From the NCBI GenBank assembly GCA_910577015.1, contig CAJTKU010000001.1, positions 185,298 through 249,297 of the forward strand: a stretch of 64,000 nt of DNA, read 5' to 3'. This stretch comes from an uncultured Lachnospiraceae bacterium. Its GTDB lineage: Bacteria; Bacillota; Clostridia; Lachnospirales; Lachnospiraceae. Positions 9,159-18,830 of the stretch are shown here, one piece after another. The notes under the pieces were generated by a model that worked only from the letters and a program-made list of their open reading frames with translations, did no database searches and was not told the origin of the DNA. Made by a program: the position numbers and the translations under genes. Numbering within the stretch: the stretch's first letter is position 1; every line of letters starts with the position of its first letter.

Positions 9159-10163
9159 TTATTCCTCCCTTTTAAGTTGCTTTATAAAAATACGCAGCTG
9201 CTTATCCAGCAATACCCTTCCTGCCTGATGCAGAAGGGTAAATACGGTTATCCTTCCTTTTAAATAGAAATTTCCATTCAGTACCGCGTTCTCAAAATCT
9301 GCTTCCACATTCACATTATTGCCCAATACGGGTAACAGCATACCATACAAAGCGCAAAGATATCCTGTCGTGTCCGGTGAGCCTGTGCCGACCTGCACAT
9401 CCGCTTTCAACACCCTGGGACGGATGCTTTTCAATACGTTAAACAGCCTGCACCATACCCTTTGGTACAATCTTTGGTTGTCAATGTCAGTTAAAACATT
9501 TTTATAATATGAAATATTTTCTGCAATATGCTTTATCTTATCACATATTGATTGGATTGTGTACCATATCTTTGTGAATATATCCTTTATTTTTTGAATT
9601 TTCTCCTGCATCCATTTGACCGGATGTTTCCAAAAAACCGTTTTCTGTTCCGGTCGCGATACTTCGGCAGCTTCTTCTTTTTGCCGCGCATCTGCCTGCT
9701 TTGGTTCCTGTGCTTCTTCCTTCACCGGTTCCGCTTCCTGCGTTTCCTCTCCTGCCTGCTCCGCTTTCTGCGTTTCTTCCTGTTTCTGCGTTTCTTTCTG
9801 TTCCTGCGTTTTTTCCTGTTCCTGCGTTTTTTCCTGCCGCTCCGATTCAGGCAGCGGTTCTTCCTTCTGCTTCTTTGCAGACTTTTTTTCTTCCGCTTCC
9901 TTTACACCGGAAGCAGACATTTTAATGCCAAAGAGCCGTACAATAAGGCTTGCCGGTTTTGGATAGTCAAACCGTACTGTCAACATATGCAGGAGAAAAG
10001 ACGCCTTTGCCTCCAGCAAAATCTCTTTTTCCCTTTTGCTGCCCTTTATCCGGTACCTCACCGGCACAAAAAGCACCAAAAGCGCCAGCACAAGAAGCAG
10101 TCCCAGTATACATAACAGGACAATGCCGATTATGGCCAGTATTTGCAAAATCACATGTAACAT
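9159..10163 (-). CDS. DUF2953-type membrane protein with acidic QEKT/QEET repeat linker
   Basis: 334 aa with an N-terminal TM segment and a low-complexity EKTQEQEKTQEQKETQKQEETQK linker. The conserved C-terminal half, immediately upstream of ytfJ, is the usual DUF2953-ytfJ pairing. Confidence 0.65.
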   Translation of the reverse strand: MLHVILQILAIIGIVLLCILGLLLVLALLVLFVPVRYRIKGSKREKEILLEAKASFLLHMLTVRFDYPKPASLIVRLFGIKMSASGVKEAEEKKSAKKQKEEPLPESERQEKTQEQEKTQEQKETQKQEETQKAEQAGEETQEAEPVKEEAQEPKQADARQKEEAAEVSRPEQKTVFWKHPVKWMQEKIQKIKDIFTKIWYTIQSICDKIKHIAENISYYKNVLTDIDNQRLYQRVWCRLFNVLKSIRPRVLKADVQVGTGSPDTTGYLCALYGMLLPVLGNNVNVEADFENAVLNGNFYLKGRITVFTLLHQAGRVLLDKQLRIFIKQLKREE

Positions 10164-10462
10164 TTCAGATACTCCTTTAACCGGCAGTTCCCCTGTGCCG
10201 CAAACGATTCCTCGGCAATCTTTTGCACGATTCCCACCGCTTCCTCATAACTGCCTGCAATACCAACCACATAAGGCGGGTTTTCCCTGTAATATTTCTG
10301 GGACAGATATCCTGCCTTGTGTATTTCAAGCTGGTCCGAATCGTTCTTTGCCAGCGTCACCACATAAGCCTCCAGAAACTTTGCATGTTTCTGTAATTTA
10401 TGTATTACCTTATTCGGATTATTGACCGACTCTCCAATATATAAACGTGGATACAGTTCCAT
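10151..10462 (-). CDS. Hypothetical protein (103 aa)
   Basis: ORF 10151..10507. ATG 10462 (MELYPRLYIGESV) has aaggag 6 nt upstream. No motif recognised. Confidence 0.5.
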   Translation of the reverse strand: MELYPRLYIGESVNNPNKVIHKLQKHAKFLEAYVVTLAKNDSDQLEIHKAGYLSQKYYRENPPYVVGIAGSYEEAVGIVQKIAEESFAAQGNCRLKEYLKCYM

Positions 10463-10542
10463 ACCGGCTCCTTTTACAAAATGTTGCCTTTCCATAAATT
10501 TAATCATATCATATTTTATTTACAAACCAAAGCAAAAACTGA

Positions 10543-10587
10543 AAAAAATCAACGGCCGGTCTGTTTTTCCCGTTTCCGTTGATTTTT
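10543..10587 (-). terminator. Putative terminator downstream of the NUDIX gene
   Basis: The minus strand reads aaatcaacgg-(20 nt loop)-ccgttgat followed by ttttttt. Confidence 0.45.
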
Positions 10588-10606
10588 CCACTTCACAAAA
10601 TATACG

Positions 10607-11059
10607 TCAGTAGTACTTCCTCGTACCCCATAAGTTATTTCTTTTCATTTCCAGATACTCTCCGTAAGCTTTCTCCAAAATCTGCTTTTCATTGGCAAAT
10701 TTGAGGAGATGGTACGCTTCATGGTATTTGTAAAATCCGGAATCAACAAAATACTCTTCGCGCTGTGGTTTACTGTAATAACTATCCGCCATCATCAAAT
10801 ACCAGTGGACCTCTTTCGCTACGACATCTTCCGGCACATTAAAGGAATATTCGCTTTTCCCGATGTATTTGATTACAGATGCCTGAGCCCCTGATTCCTC
10901 CAGCACTTCCCTGAGCGCCGTTTCTTTGAACTCTTCGCCTTCTTCCACTGTTCCCTTTGGCAATACCCATCCTTCGTATTTGTTTTTAAAATTTTTATAC
11001 AAAAGAAGTATTTTCCCACGGAATATAACCACACCGCCGCAACTGGTTGCTTCAATCAT
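10607..11059 (-). CDS. NUDIX hydrolase
   Basis: Nudix box GWVLPKGTVEEGEEFKETALREVLEESG. The likely start is ATG 11059 (MIEATSCGG), 8 nt after AGGAGG. Confidence 0.85.
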   Translation of the reverse strand: MIEATSCGGVVIFRGKILLLYKNFKNKYEGWVLPKGTVEEGEEFKETALREVLEESGAQASVIKYIGKSEYSFNVPEDVVAKEVHWYLMMADSYYSKPQREEYFVDSGFYKYHEAYHLLKFANEKQILEKAYGEYLEMKRNNLWGTRKYY

Positions 11060-11154
11060 TGCAATTCCTCCTGCCATTGGTGTGTCAATTTGTTTGACCT
11101 AAATCCAGTATAGTCCAAATACGCATGGGGCGCAACTGTTTTTATTTGGGAGTT

Positions 11155-11357
11155 TTCACCCCTGCCCCGGCAAGGCATCCCCGACCCCGGCGTGCATTTG
11201 TTCCAACAGGACGCGCTCCCGCTCGAGTAAAAACGCAGCGGCACATAGGATGCCACAGAACAGCATCCAAGGGCCGGCGTTTTTACACGGTCCTTTTTGG
11301 AATCAAATGCACGCCGGGGGCGGGGATGCCTTCCCGGAGGCGGGGTGCGGAAGTGAA
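11155..11357. repeat. Nested palindromic intergenic element, copy A (about 200 bp)
   Basis: Arms aaggcatccccgaccccggcgtgcatttgttcca / tggaatcaaatgcacgccgggggcggggatgcctt pair. The core taaaaacgcagcggcac-ata-ggatgc(cacagaaca)gcatcc-aag-ggccggcgttttta is the reverse complement of the core in copies B2 and C. The element starts 6 nt after the stop of the upstream gene. Confidence 0.85.
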
Positions 11358-11362
11358 GGCCT

Positions 11363-14065
11363 TTACCGGTTAAACCATGCGTTAAACACCCTTTTAGCCA
11401 TGGGGACTGCGTAGTCGCCGCCGCTGCCGGCGCCCTCCAGAATAATGGTTACACAGATTTGCGGATTTTCGGCGGGCGCAAAGCCGGTGAACCATGCATG
11501 GCTTTCCCCTTTTACATTGCCGTACTCCGCCGAGCCGGTTTTTCCCGCAACCGTATAGGACAAACCGGAAATTCTGGTTGCAGTTCCTTCCTCGACTACC
11601 GCCGTCATAAGCCCTGCAAGAATCTGTGCCTCTTCTTCTGACATCACTCTTCCGTATGCGGACGCGCCAAATGTTTTCACAAGGTTTCCGTTTGCATTTT
11701 CCACATGGTCAATCAGATACGGTTTCATCATAATACCGTCATTGGCAATGGCTGCCGTAATCATATTCAGGTGCAGGGGCGTTATCTGGGTTTTTCCCTG
11801 TCCGATTACCGTCTGCATCATATCCGCCGGAGAAATTTCATCCCAGTACAGGGCGCTGCTCTTTGCGGAAAGGAAACTGACAGGAAGATTTTTATTGAAA
11901 AGCAGTTTTTCCAGCGTATCCTGCAGCATGGCTTCGTCAAGGCTCATTCCGATATTTGCAAAGGAAGCGTTACAGGACTTGGCAAACGATTCCGTCAAAT
12001 CTACCTTCCCGTGGCTTATCCCATGGTAGCAGCGTATCCGATTTCCATCCTCTTCATAATATCCCGGACAGGTAAAAGAATAATCCTGCCAGGTGTCAGG
12101 GTTTTCCCTGATATATTCCAGGGCAGTTACAATCTTAAAGGTGGAGCCGGGAGGATACAGTCCCTGGGACGCCCTGTTTACCAGCACGCTGCTTTCCTTG
12201 TCCTCCACCAAGTCCTCCCATATATCCGCGATTTCGTTGGAATCAAAGCCCGGCGTGGAAACCATGGCAAGAATCCTGCCCGTGGAAGGCTCTGAAACAA
12301 CTATGGCTCCCCTGTAGTTGTCAAGCGCTTTAAACGCCGCCTCCTGCAGCGCTGCATCAAGGGTGGTGTAAACATTATCACCCGCATTCTTTGCCCCTGC
12401 AACATCGTTTGCAATCTTTTCCGGAAGAGGCAGATTGGAATGAATGAGGTAATAATTGGCCTGCGCCTCGATGCCTGTCCTTCCCTGTGTGGAAAAACCA
12501 ACCACGTGGGAAAAGACTTCACCATAAGGGTACCATCGTTCTTCCGTGCCGTCTGCCAAAAGCTTCGTCTCCGCCAGCGCCTCTCCCCCGGATGCATAAA
12601 TGCTTCCCCTGTAGTTTTGCATATTCAGCATTTCCTGCCTGGAATTATAGCTGTTGTTGATTAATTCCTGTTCGTTTGTAACGGCAAAATAAACCAGATA
12701 GCCAATCATTCCCAAAAACAACAATACAAAAGAATATACAACCTTTACCCCGTACTGCTCAGCCTTTGCATTTACTTTCCTGACTGATATGGCTTCCACA
12801 ATAAAAAACATCAGCACGGTAGCCAGAACGGAACTTCCCCCATAGCTGAGAAACGGCAGTGTAACGCCCGTCAGCGGTATGAACTTGATACCGCCCCCAA
12901 TGGTCAGAAATACCTGAAATATATACATAACCCCAAGCCCAAGGGCTGTCAGTTTATAAAACCTATCCTTCTGGCGCATTCCAATCTGCATCATGGCCAT
13001 AAAACAGCTTACACAGATTAGTATGATACAGACACCGCAAATTACACCGAGTTCTTCACAAATGGCAGAAAAAATGAAATCCGTTTCCACCTGTGGGATA
13101 TCTCCCGGCGCGCCGCCAAAAAGCCCTAGTCCAAACCAGTTTCCGCTGCCTATAGCAAAAAGCGACTGTGAAATCTGAAAACCCTGATTGTCAATATAGG
13201 CAAACGGGTCCTGCCAGGCCAGTACCCGTATCCGCACATGGTCAAAAAGATAATAGGCCCCTATCGCACCCCCGCTTCCTGCCACCAGACCGATTAACAG
13301 ATACCAATAATTCCCCGTTGCCATGAACACAAAAACCACATATGTCACAAAAAAGATGACTGCCCCGCCAAGGTCTTTTGACGCCACCAGTATCATTACA
13401 TGCCCTGCCGCCAAAACCGAGGTCAGCACAATCCGTTTAAACGACGTATTTTCACAGAGCATGGCCGCAAGGAAAAGAACAAACAAAATTTTCACAAACT
13501 CGGAGGGCTGAAACGTAATTCCTCCAATCGAAAAAGAAAGCTTGGAGCCGCGTGTGATATCTCCCAATACAAACACCGCCGTAAGAACAAAAATCCCCAT
13601 TGCCGCATACAGCCATTTTAATTTGGGAAGAAATTTTATATTCTGCATCAGGGCGGGAACCGTCAGCCCGATTACCATGGCAAACGCCGCAATCACAAGC
13701 TGCCTTATGGATTTTTGCAGGGATAACCTTGATAAAACCACAAAGCTGATTCCCAACAGCATACACATATTGTTGAGCAACAGACGGTTTATTTTTTCGT
13801 AAAGCATCCTTGCCAAAAATATGACGGCAACCAGCAGAAGCTGCACAAACGCGCAGAAAAACAGATAGTCCCCATCGCCGCTTTTTAAGTAAATAACTGC
13901 AAAACATAAAAGCTGTACCGCAAACAGCAGAATTTCCTGAACGGCATAAACTCCCCTTTTTTTCTTTTCTTCCTTTATGCGCAGCGCCAGAAAACATTCC
14001 AGTGTATAAACCGACATACAAACGGCAATCAGATATTTTGACAATTCTATAAAATATTCCTGCAT
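11363..14065 (-). CDS. Fused SEDS glycosyltransferase (FtsW/RodA/SpoVE) + class B penicillin-binding protein transpeptidase
   Basis: ORF 11363..14101. ATG 14065 (MQEYFIEL) avoids overlap with the upstream gene. The N-terminal ~450 aa is polytopic with SEDS motifs QPSEFVK, SKDLGG, ETDFIF and PLTGVTLPFLSYGGSS. The C-terminal ~440 aa has PBP motifs STFK, SCN and KTGS in one uninterrupted frame. Confidence 0.88.
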   Translation of the reverse strand: MQEYFIELSKYLIAVCMSVYTLECFLALRIKEEKKKRGVYAVQEILLFAVQLLCFAVIYLKSGDGDYLFFCAFVQLLLVAVIFLARMLYEKINRLLLNNMCMLLGISFVVLSRLSLQKSIRQLVIAAFAMVIGLTVPALMQNIKFLPKLKWLYAAMGIFVLTAVFVLGDITRGSKLSFSIGGITFQPSEFVKILFVLFLAAMLCENTSFKRIVLTSVLAAGHVMILVASKDLGGAVIFFVTYVVFVFMATGNYWYLLIGLVAGSGGAIGAYYLFDHVRIRVLAWQDPFAYIDNQGFQISQSLFAIGSGNWFGLGLFGGAPGDIPQVETDFIFSAICEELGVICGVCIILICVSCFMAMMQIGMRQKDRFYKLTALGLGVMYIFQVFLTIGGGIKFIPLTGVTLPFLSYGGSSVLATVLMFFIVEAISVRKVNAKAEQYGVKVVYSFVLLFLGMIGYLVYFAVTNEQELINNSYNSRQEMLNMQNYRGSIYASGGEALAETKLLADGTEERWYPYGEVFSHVVGFSTQGRTGIEAQANYYLIHSNLPLPEKIANDVAGAKNAGDNVYTTLDAALQEAAFKALDNYRGAIVVSEPSTGRILAMVSTPGFDSNEIADIWEDLVEDKESSVLVNRASQGLYPPGSTFKIVTALEYIRENPDTWQDYSFTCPGYYEEDGNRIRCYHGISHGKVDLTESFAKSCNASFANIGMSLDEAMLQDTLEKLLFNKNLPVSFLSAKSSALYWDEISPADMMQTVIGQGKTQITPLHLNMITAAIANDGIMMKPYLIDHVENANGNLVKTFGASAYGRVMSEEEAQILAGLMTAVVEEGTATRISGLSYTVAGKTGSAEYGNVKGESHAWFTGFAPAENPQICVTIILEGAGSGGDYAVPMAKRVFNAWFNR

Positions 14066-14072
14066 ACTCTTT

Positions 14073-16391
14073 CTATTCCACTCCCCTCTTTTCATGCCCA
14101 AGAGTGTATTCCGTAAAAGGAAGCTTATTTTCCACTCCCCTTATTCTTTCCGAAAAGAACCGCAGTATGCCTTCGGTTTCCGCTCCTGTTTCTGTTGTAA
14201 AGCACAGTCTCATGTCGCATAATGTTTCCTTTTTCAGCACCTTATCGTGTAAGGATAGCGGCACTGAATTATAAATGATATTGTAACAATACCGGCAGTG
14301 GAGGGATACCGGAAACTTCTTCTTATAACGGTCCTCCAGAAATAAGCCTGCTTTTTCTTCCTTTGCCTGCGAAGACTGTCCGCATTTTCCCGATGTCTTT
14401 GCAATACAGTTTGCCGTAATCATCAGCGGAATCCGCCCGTATACCACCTGTTCCGTTTTTCCGGAAGCCTGTTCCAAAAGCCTCCTGCTTTCTTTCCTGT
14501 TCAGCTCATACGGCAGGCAAAAACAATCAGCCTGTCCCATATAAAAATCCATAGTACGCGTGTTGAAACAGTAAATTCCCGCATCCAGTCTTTTTTCTCC
14601 TGCGTACCCCCGCTTTTTCAGCCATTCAAGGGTTTCCAGATTCCGTATCAGACAACCGTCCGCTTTTACCGCCAAAGGATACAACGCTTCCATCTGCTCC
14701 ATGTTGTTTTGGCGCACGATAAAGGGCAGGGCAATGAAAACGCGAACCTTTCCGTTTTGCGCCACACGCTTCCTGCACTGTTCCAAAAAACTTACGGAAA
14801 GTCCCGGCATATCGGATTCCAGACAGATGCTTTCCACAGGCGCATCCGTTTCCATGACCGCCTCCAGCTGCTCCCTCGTGCTGACAAGGACGTTAAATGC
14901 CCTGTACTCTTTTTCTGTCTCCTGCTTTCCGCCCGTACCTCCTGCTCTTTTCGCATTTTCTTTCCTATTCCCGCCGGCATCCTCTTTTATGGCTGTCTGT
15001 CCCGTCCCTTTCAAGGTTCTTCCATGTCCCAGCGCGCCCAAAAGCTTCTCAACCCCTTTACGGCGCAAATCATTGACTGCCTTTAAAGGATAAAAAACGC
15101 CTTTATCAAGCCTTATCTCCAAATCTGCCTGTTCTGCATAAAAGGGAGTGTTTCCCAGCTTCATCATGCCGTTTCTTATATTTTCTTCTGTTACGGGCTG
15201 TCTGTCTGCCAAAACCACCTTTTCCCCGTATACAATCACCGAACGGCGCTCTGTATTTCCCTGCAGGGGGAATTGGGTTTCGCAGGACAGGGTGAGTTTT
15301 GCATTCTCCCCCTCCCTGAAAACAGCTTCCATACGTATCGCTTTCTTTAAGGGCTGTTCAATATATTTATTCCTGATTGCAGACAAAAGCTTTTCGTCAC
15401 TGCCCGAATAGGCAGGGTAATCCAAGGTTACCATTTCTGCGCCGTTATGCCTGAAATAATATCCCTCCTGTATGCCTGTGCGGATATACAGGGAAGAAAG
15501 CTGTCTTAAGTCCTCTTTCTTTACGGCATAGGCAGCGGCTCCCTTTTCATAATACAAATCAATGTACTTTCTGTAAATCGCCGTTACCCCCGCCGCATAT
15601 TCCGGCTTTTTCATCCTTCCTTCTATTTTAAAGGAAGAAATACCCGCTTCAATCAGCTTTGGAAGGAAAGAGATGGTACACATATCCTTCAGGCTCAACG
15701 GATGCTGCTCCGTGCCCGGCTTTCCGTCTCCGCCAATCCTGTACGGCAGGCGGCACGGCTGGGCGCACCTGCCACGGTTTCCGCTCCTGCCCCCCAATAT
15801 ACTGCTGAAAAGGCACTGCCCCGAATAACAATAACACATGGCGCCATGGATAAAAGCTTCTATCTCCAGACCGGTTTCCCTCCCAAGGCTTTCTATTTCC
15901 GAAAGGGAAAGCTCCCTCGCAGGCACTACCCTCACCACGCCCAGTTCTTTGAGCATCCCGGCCCCATAACTGCCCGTTATGCTCATCTGAGTGCTGGCAT
16001 GAAGCTCCAGTCCCGGGAAAGCCTCCTTTATGGCAAGCAGAGCGCCGATATCCTGCACGATAACGCCGTCAAGCCCGGCAAGGTAAAACGGCTCCAGATA
16101 TGGAATTAATTCCTCCAGTTCCGATTCTTTCATCAGCGTGTTGACCGTCAAATATACTTTTCTTCCGAAAACATGGGCATAAGAAACCGCCCTGCAGATT
16201 TCCTCTTCGGAAAAATTGTCCGCATAGGCCCTTGCACCGAACTTTTCACCGCCCAGATAAACTGCATCCGCTCCTGCGCATATAGCGCCCAGAAAACTTT
16301 CATAGTTCCCTGCCGGAGCCAATAATTCCACACGCCTCTTTTCCATAAAATCAAACAACGCCATCCGTTTCCGGACAGCGCCCTTTCTCAT
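14073..16391 (-). CDS. Double-length peptidase U32 family protein
   Basis: 772 aa. VELLAPAGNYESFLGAICAGADAVYLGG...VYLTVNTL is the U32 N-terminal signature, and a second U32-like half follows a G/K/E-rich linker. ATG 16391 overlaps the zapA stop (ATGA); the alternative start is ATG 16346. Confidence 0.8.
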   Translation of the reverse strand: MRKGAVRKRMALFDFMEKRRVELLAPAGNYESFLGAICAGADAVYLGGEKFGARAYADNFSEEEICRAVSYAHVFGRKVYLTVNTLMKESELEELIPYLEPFYLAGLDGVIVQDIGALLAIKEAFPGLELHASTQMSITGSYGAGMLKELGVVRVVPARELSLSEIESLGRETGLEIEAFIHGAMCYCYSGQCLFSSILGGRSGNRGRCAQPCRLPYRIGGDGKPGTEQHPLSLKDMCTISFLPKLIEAGISSFKIEGRMKKPEYAAGVTAIYRKYIDLYYEKGAAAYAVKKEDLRQLSSLYIRTGIQEGYYFRHNGAEMVTLDYPAYSGSDEKLLSAIRNKYIEQPLKKAIRMEAVFREGENAKLTLSCETQFPLQGNTERRSVIVYGEKVVLADRQPVTEENIRNGMMKLGNTPFYAEQADLEIRLDKGVFYPLKAVNDLRRKGVEKLLGALGHGRTLKGTGQTAIKEDAGGNRKENAKRAGGTGGKQETEKEYRAFNVLVSTREQLEAVMETDAPVESICLESDMPGLSVSFLEQCRKRVAQNGKVRVFIALPFIVRQNNMEQMEALYPLAVKADGCLIRNLETLEWLKKRGYAGEKRLDAGIYCFNTRTMDFYMGQADCFCLPYELNRKESRRLLEQASGKTEQVVYGRIPLMITANCIAKTSGKCGQSSQAKEEKAGLFLEDRYKKKFPVSLHCRYCYNIIYNSVPLSLHDKVLKKETLCDMRLCFTTETGAETEGILRFFSERIRGVENKLPFTEYTLGHEKRGVE

Positions 16392-16795
16392 TTTTTGTAT
16401 TCCTTTAACTCTGTTTCCAGACGAACGATTTTCTTTGCATTTTCATTGATATCCATCTGCAGTTCTTTCACACGCTTTTCCGTGGTCTCCAGCTTTATCT
16501 GTGCGGCAATCAACTCGTGTTTCAAATCGTAAAGTTCTTTTTCCTTTGACTGCTGTTCTTCTTCCAGCAGGCTTATCTGCTTCTTACATTTAAAATAATC
16601 ATCCGCTATGTTTAACTGCATCAAAACCGACTGCGTATCCAGCGGCTGTCTCCTGAAGCTTTCGATTTTGCTGTACTCGTCTAATTTGTTGTTGATGTAC
16701 GATGCCACCTTCTGCAGATATTCTTCGCTCTCATACCCGCTGAGGGTAAATATCTTTCCCCCTATAATGACTTCGGTATCTGTTTTAGAAGACAT
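16388..16795 (-). CDS. zapA: Cell division protein ZapA
   Basis: Start ATG 16795 (MSSKTDTEVIIGGKIFTLSGYESEEYLQKVASYIN) followed by a coiled-coil tail; typical ZapA. Confidence 0.8.
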   Translation of the reverse strand: MSSKTDTEVIIGGKIFTLSGYESEEYLQKVASYINNKLDEYSKIESFRRQPLDTQSVLMQLNIADDYFKCKKQISLLEEEQQSKEKELYDLKHELIAAQIKLETTEKRVKELQMDINENAKKIVRLETELKEYKK

Positions 16796-17106
16796 AAGCA
16801 ATCCCTCTCTTACCGCCATAATCACATCGATACTGCAAACATTATATCTCAATATGGCGTTACAGGCAAGCTTTTTTAATAAACCACAACCTTTTTCTTG
16901 ATACAAAATCCATTAAAACTTTATTAATGTTCTGTTTTATTCATGCCACATAAAGCCTTCATTCTCATGATAAAAGTTAAACCGTTATGGTTTTAACTAT
17001 CTTTTTGGCTATATCTGTACCATATTCTTGAGATTTTAAATCGGCATCAATCCACCCTTCCATATCCGCTCGTTCTTCTGCACATTTGTTACAATAATCC
17101 TGAGCC

Positions 17107-18822
17107 TTATTTCATAAACAGAAGCTGCCTGAAATAATCACAATTTTCTTCAAGTTCCCTAAAAGAACCTTTCGCAATGATATTTCCATTCTGCATAACT
17201 AATATTTTATCATACCGCGCAAGTACCTCCTCCTGCAATTTATGGGTGATAACAATTCGCGTCATCTCTGTCATTCGGATAATCATATCCTCCACTTTTG
17301 CAGAAGTAGCGGCATCCAGTGCCGAAGTGGCCTCGTCCAGAAGAAGCACGGACGCGTTGCGCAGCAAACTCCTCGCAATGGAAATCCGCTGCTTCTCTCC
17401 ACCGGAAAGACCACTGCCATTTTCACCACACCGGTAATGGATACCCCTCTCCGAAACCAGCTTCTCCAGCCCGGCTCTCTGGATTGCCCCGGCAACCTTT
17501 TCCTTATCAAAGTCTTTAAACATCGTAATATTATTTTCAATGGTACTGTCAAAAAGAAAGACATTTTGCTCTACCAGAGAAACCACATCATACAAACTGC
17601 TTCTGGATATCTGCCGAAGCTCCCGGTCCCCAAACAGAATCTTTCCCTGATAACCGGTATAGCCCCCCATTAAAAGGTTTAATAGTGTGGATTTCCCGGA
17701 ACCTGATGCACCCACAATCGCATAGCTTTTCCCCTGTTCAAAAAATATGTTTATATCCTTCAAAACAGTCTGGTCGCAGTCATATCCAAAAGAAACATTT
17801 TGGAAGCAGATTCCCTTCCCTATATCCGTTATGTTTTCACCTTCGTCCTTTTGCCCCGGCTGCTTTGTCACCGAAAGCATTTTATCCAAAAGTCCCACCG
17901 CAGCCTTTCTGTTCGCCAAAGCCGCAGGTATCTGCTGGATGGGTCCAATAATATAATTCATTAACTGGACAAAGGCAATCAGAACGCCCGCCGTAATTTT
18001 TCCCTGCAGTGCCAGATAAGCGCCTATCATCATGACACCCACATGTACACCAAATCCAAAGGTAGTACTAACCAGATTGATAGCATCCTCTGTCTTTCTC
18101 CGCCTGCATTTTTGTTTTTCCAAACTGCGGTTTTCACCGCCAAAAAGACGGGCTATCTCCTTTTCCGCCCGAAAGCTTTTCATCACCGTAAAGCCGCTTA
18201 AAATGTCTTTAACCAGACTGACATATTTCTCATTGGACCAACTGACCTTCTGCTCCTCCTTTGTCAGCCTTGTGCTGGAGAGTAGCGATACCACAAGTGA
18301 AACCACCACCAGTCCTATGGCACATAGGGTCAGAACCACATTATACATAAGCATTATGCCAAGCGCCAGTATAAACAAAAGAATATTTAATACGATATTA
18401 AAACTGTTCTGTAGATAATTAGTCTCAACAGAAATCATATCATTTGTCAGAATAGATACATATCTTCCCACCGGTTCCACTGTAAAAGAAGTAATATTCT
18501 TCTCCGTAATCCTCTCAAACACCGCTTCTTTTAGCTGACGCATCCCCTTTTCCACAAAACGGTTCCGAAGGGCGCGTCCTGCCAGACCTTCCAATACCAG
18601 TACCAATATATAGACAACAGCCATGGACAGCATTTTTTCAATATCTTTTACGGTTCCATTAACTGCGATATCCAGAATCTGCTGCAATAAAACCGCCACC
18701 ACTGTGAGCAGCACTGCATTAATCGTGAGAACAATAAGGGTTGCAATAAAATTCAGATGATTCTTCTCAAAACACTTTTTCCTGAGGTGATTTTTTTCCT
18801 TATTTAATTTTTGTTTCATCAT
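17107..18822 (-). CDS. ABC transporter, fused permease/ATP-binding exporter
   Basis: 571 aa with a six-TM N-terminal half, Walker A GASGSGKST, signature LSGGEKQR and Walker B LLLDEATSALD. Confidence 0.9.
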   Translation of the reverse strand: MMKQKLNKEKNHLRKKCFEKNHLNFIATLIVLTINAVLLTVVAVLLQQILDIAVNGTVKDIEKMLSMAVVYILVLVLEGLAGRALRNRFVEKGMRQLKEAVFERITEKNITSFTVEPVGRYVSILTNDMISVETNYLQNSFNIVLNILLFILALGIMLMYNVVLTLCAIGLVVVSLVVSLLSSTRLTKEEQKVSWSNEKYVSLVKDILSGFTVMKSFRAEKEIARLFGGENRSLEKQKCRRRKTEDAINLVSTTFGFGVHVGVMMIGAYLALQGKITAGVLIAFVQLMNYIIGPIQQIPAALANRKAAVGLLDKMLSVTKQPGQKDEGENITDIGKGICFQNVSFGYDCDQTVLKDINIFFEQGKSYAIVGASGSGKSTLLNLLMGGYTGYQGKILFGDRELRQISRSSLYDVVSLVEQNVFLFDSTIENNITMFKDFDKEKVAGAIQRAGLEKLVSERGIHYRCGENGSGLSGGEKQRISIARSLLRNASVLLLDEATSALDAATSAKVEDMIIRMTEMTRIVITHKLQEEVLARYDKILVMQNGNIIAKGSFRELEENCDYFRQLLFMK

Positions 18823-18830
18823 CTTTCTCC

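Noticed and set aside
9700-9850. Tandem 15-18 nt DNA repeats (ctgcgtttcttcctgtttctgcgtttc...), considered as a possible repeat array or CRISPR-like feature.
   Set aside because: They lie inside the DUF2953 ORF and encode its QEKTQEQ low-complexity linker. There is no spacer/repeat organisation and there are no cas genes in the window.
11056-11373. ORFs 11056..11256 and 11125..11373 in the NUDIX/PBP spacer. The same applies to 36905..37117 and 37005..37400 near ilvB/metH.
   Set aside because: They fall inside the palindromic repeat elements. Their openness follows from the inverted-repeat sequence, and they have no SD and odd P/R/G-rich composition.
16966-17100. Open frame reading ..AQDYCNKCAEERADMEGWIDADLKSQEYGTDIAKKIVKTITV* just downstream of the ABC exporter.
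   Set aside because: There is no in-frame start before a 28-codon tail and no SD. It is probably a gene remnant. It is mentioned only as supporting evidence for the accessory nature of the islet.
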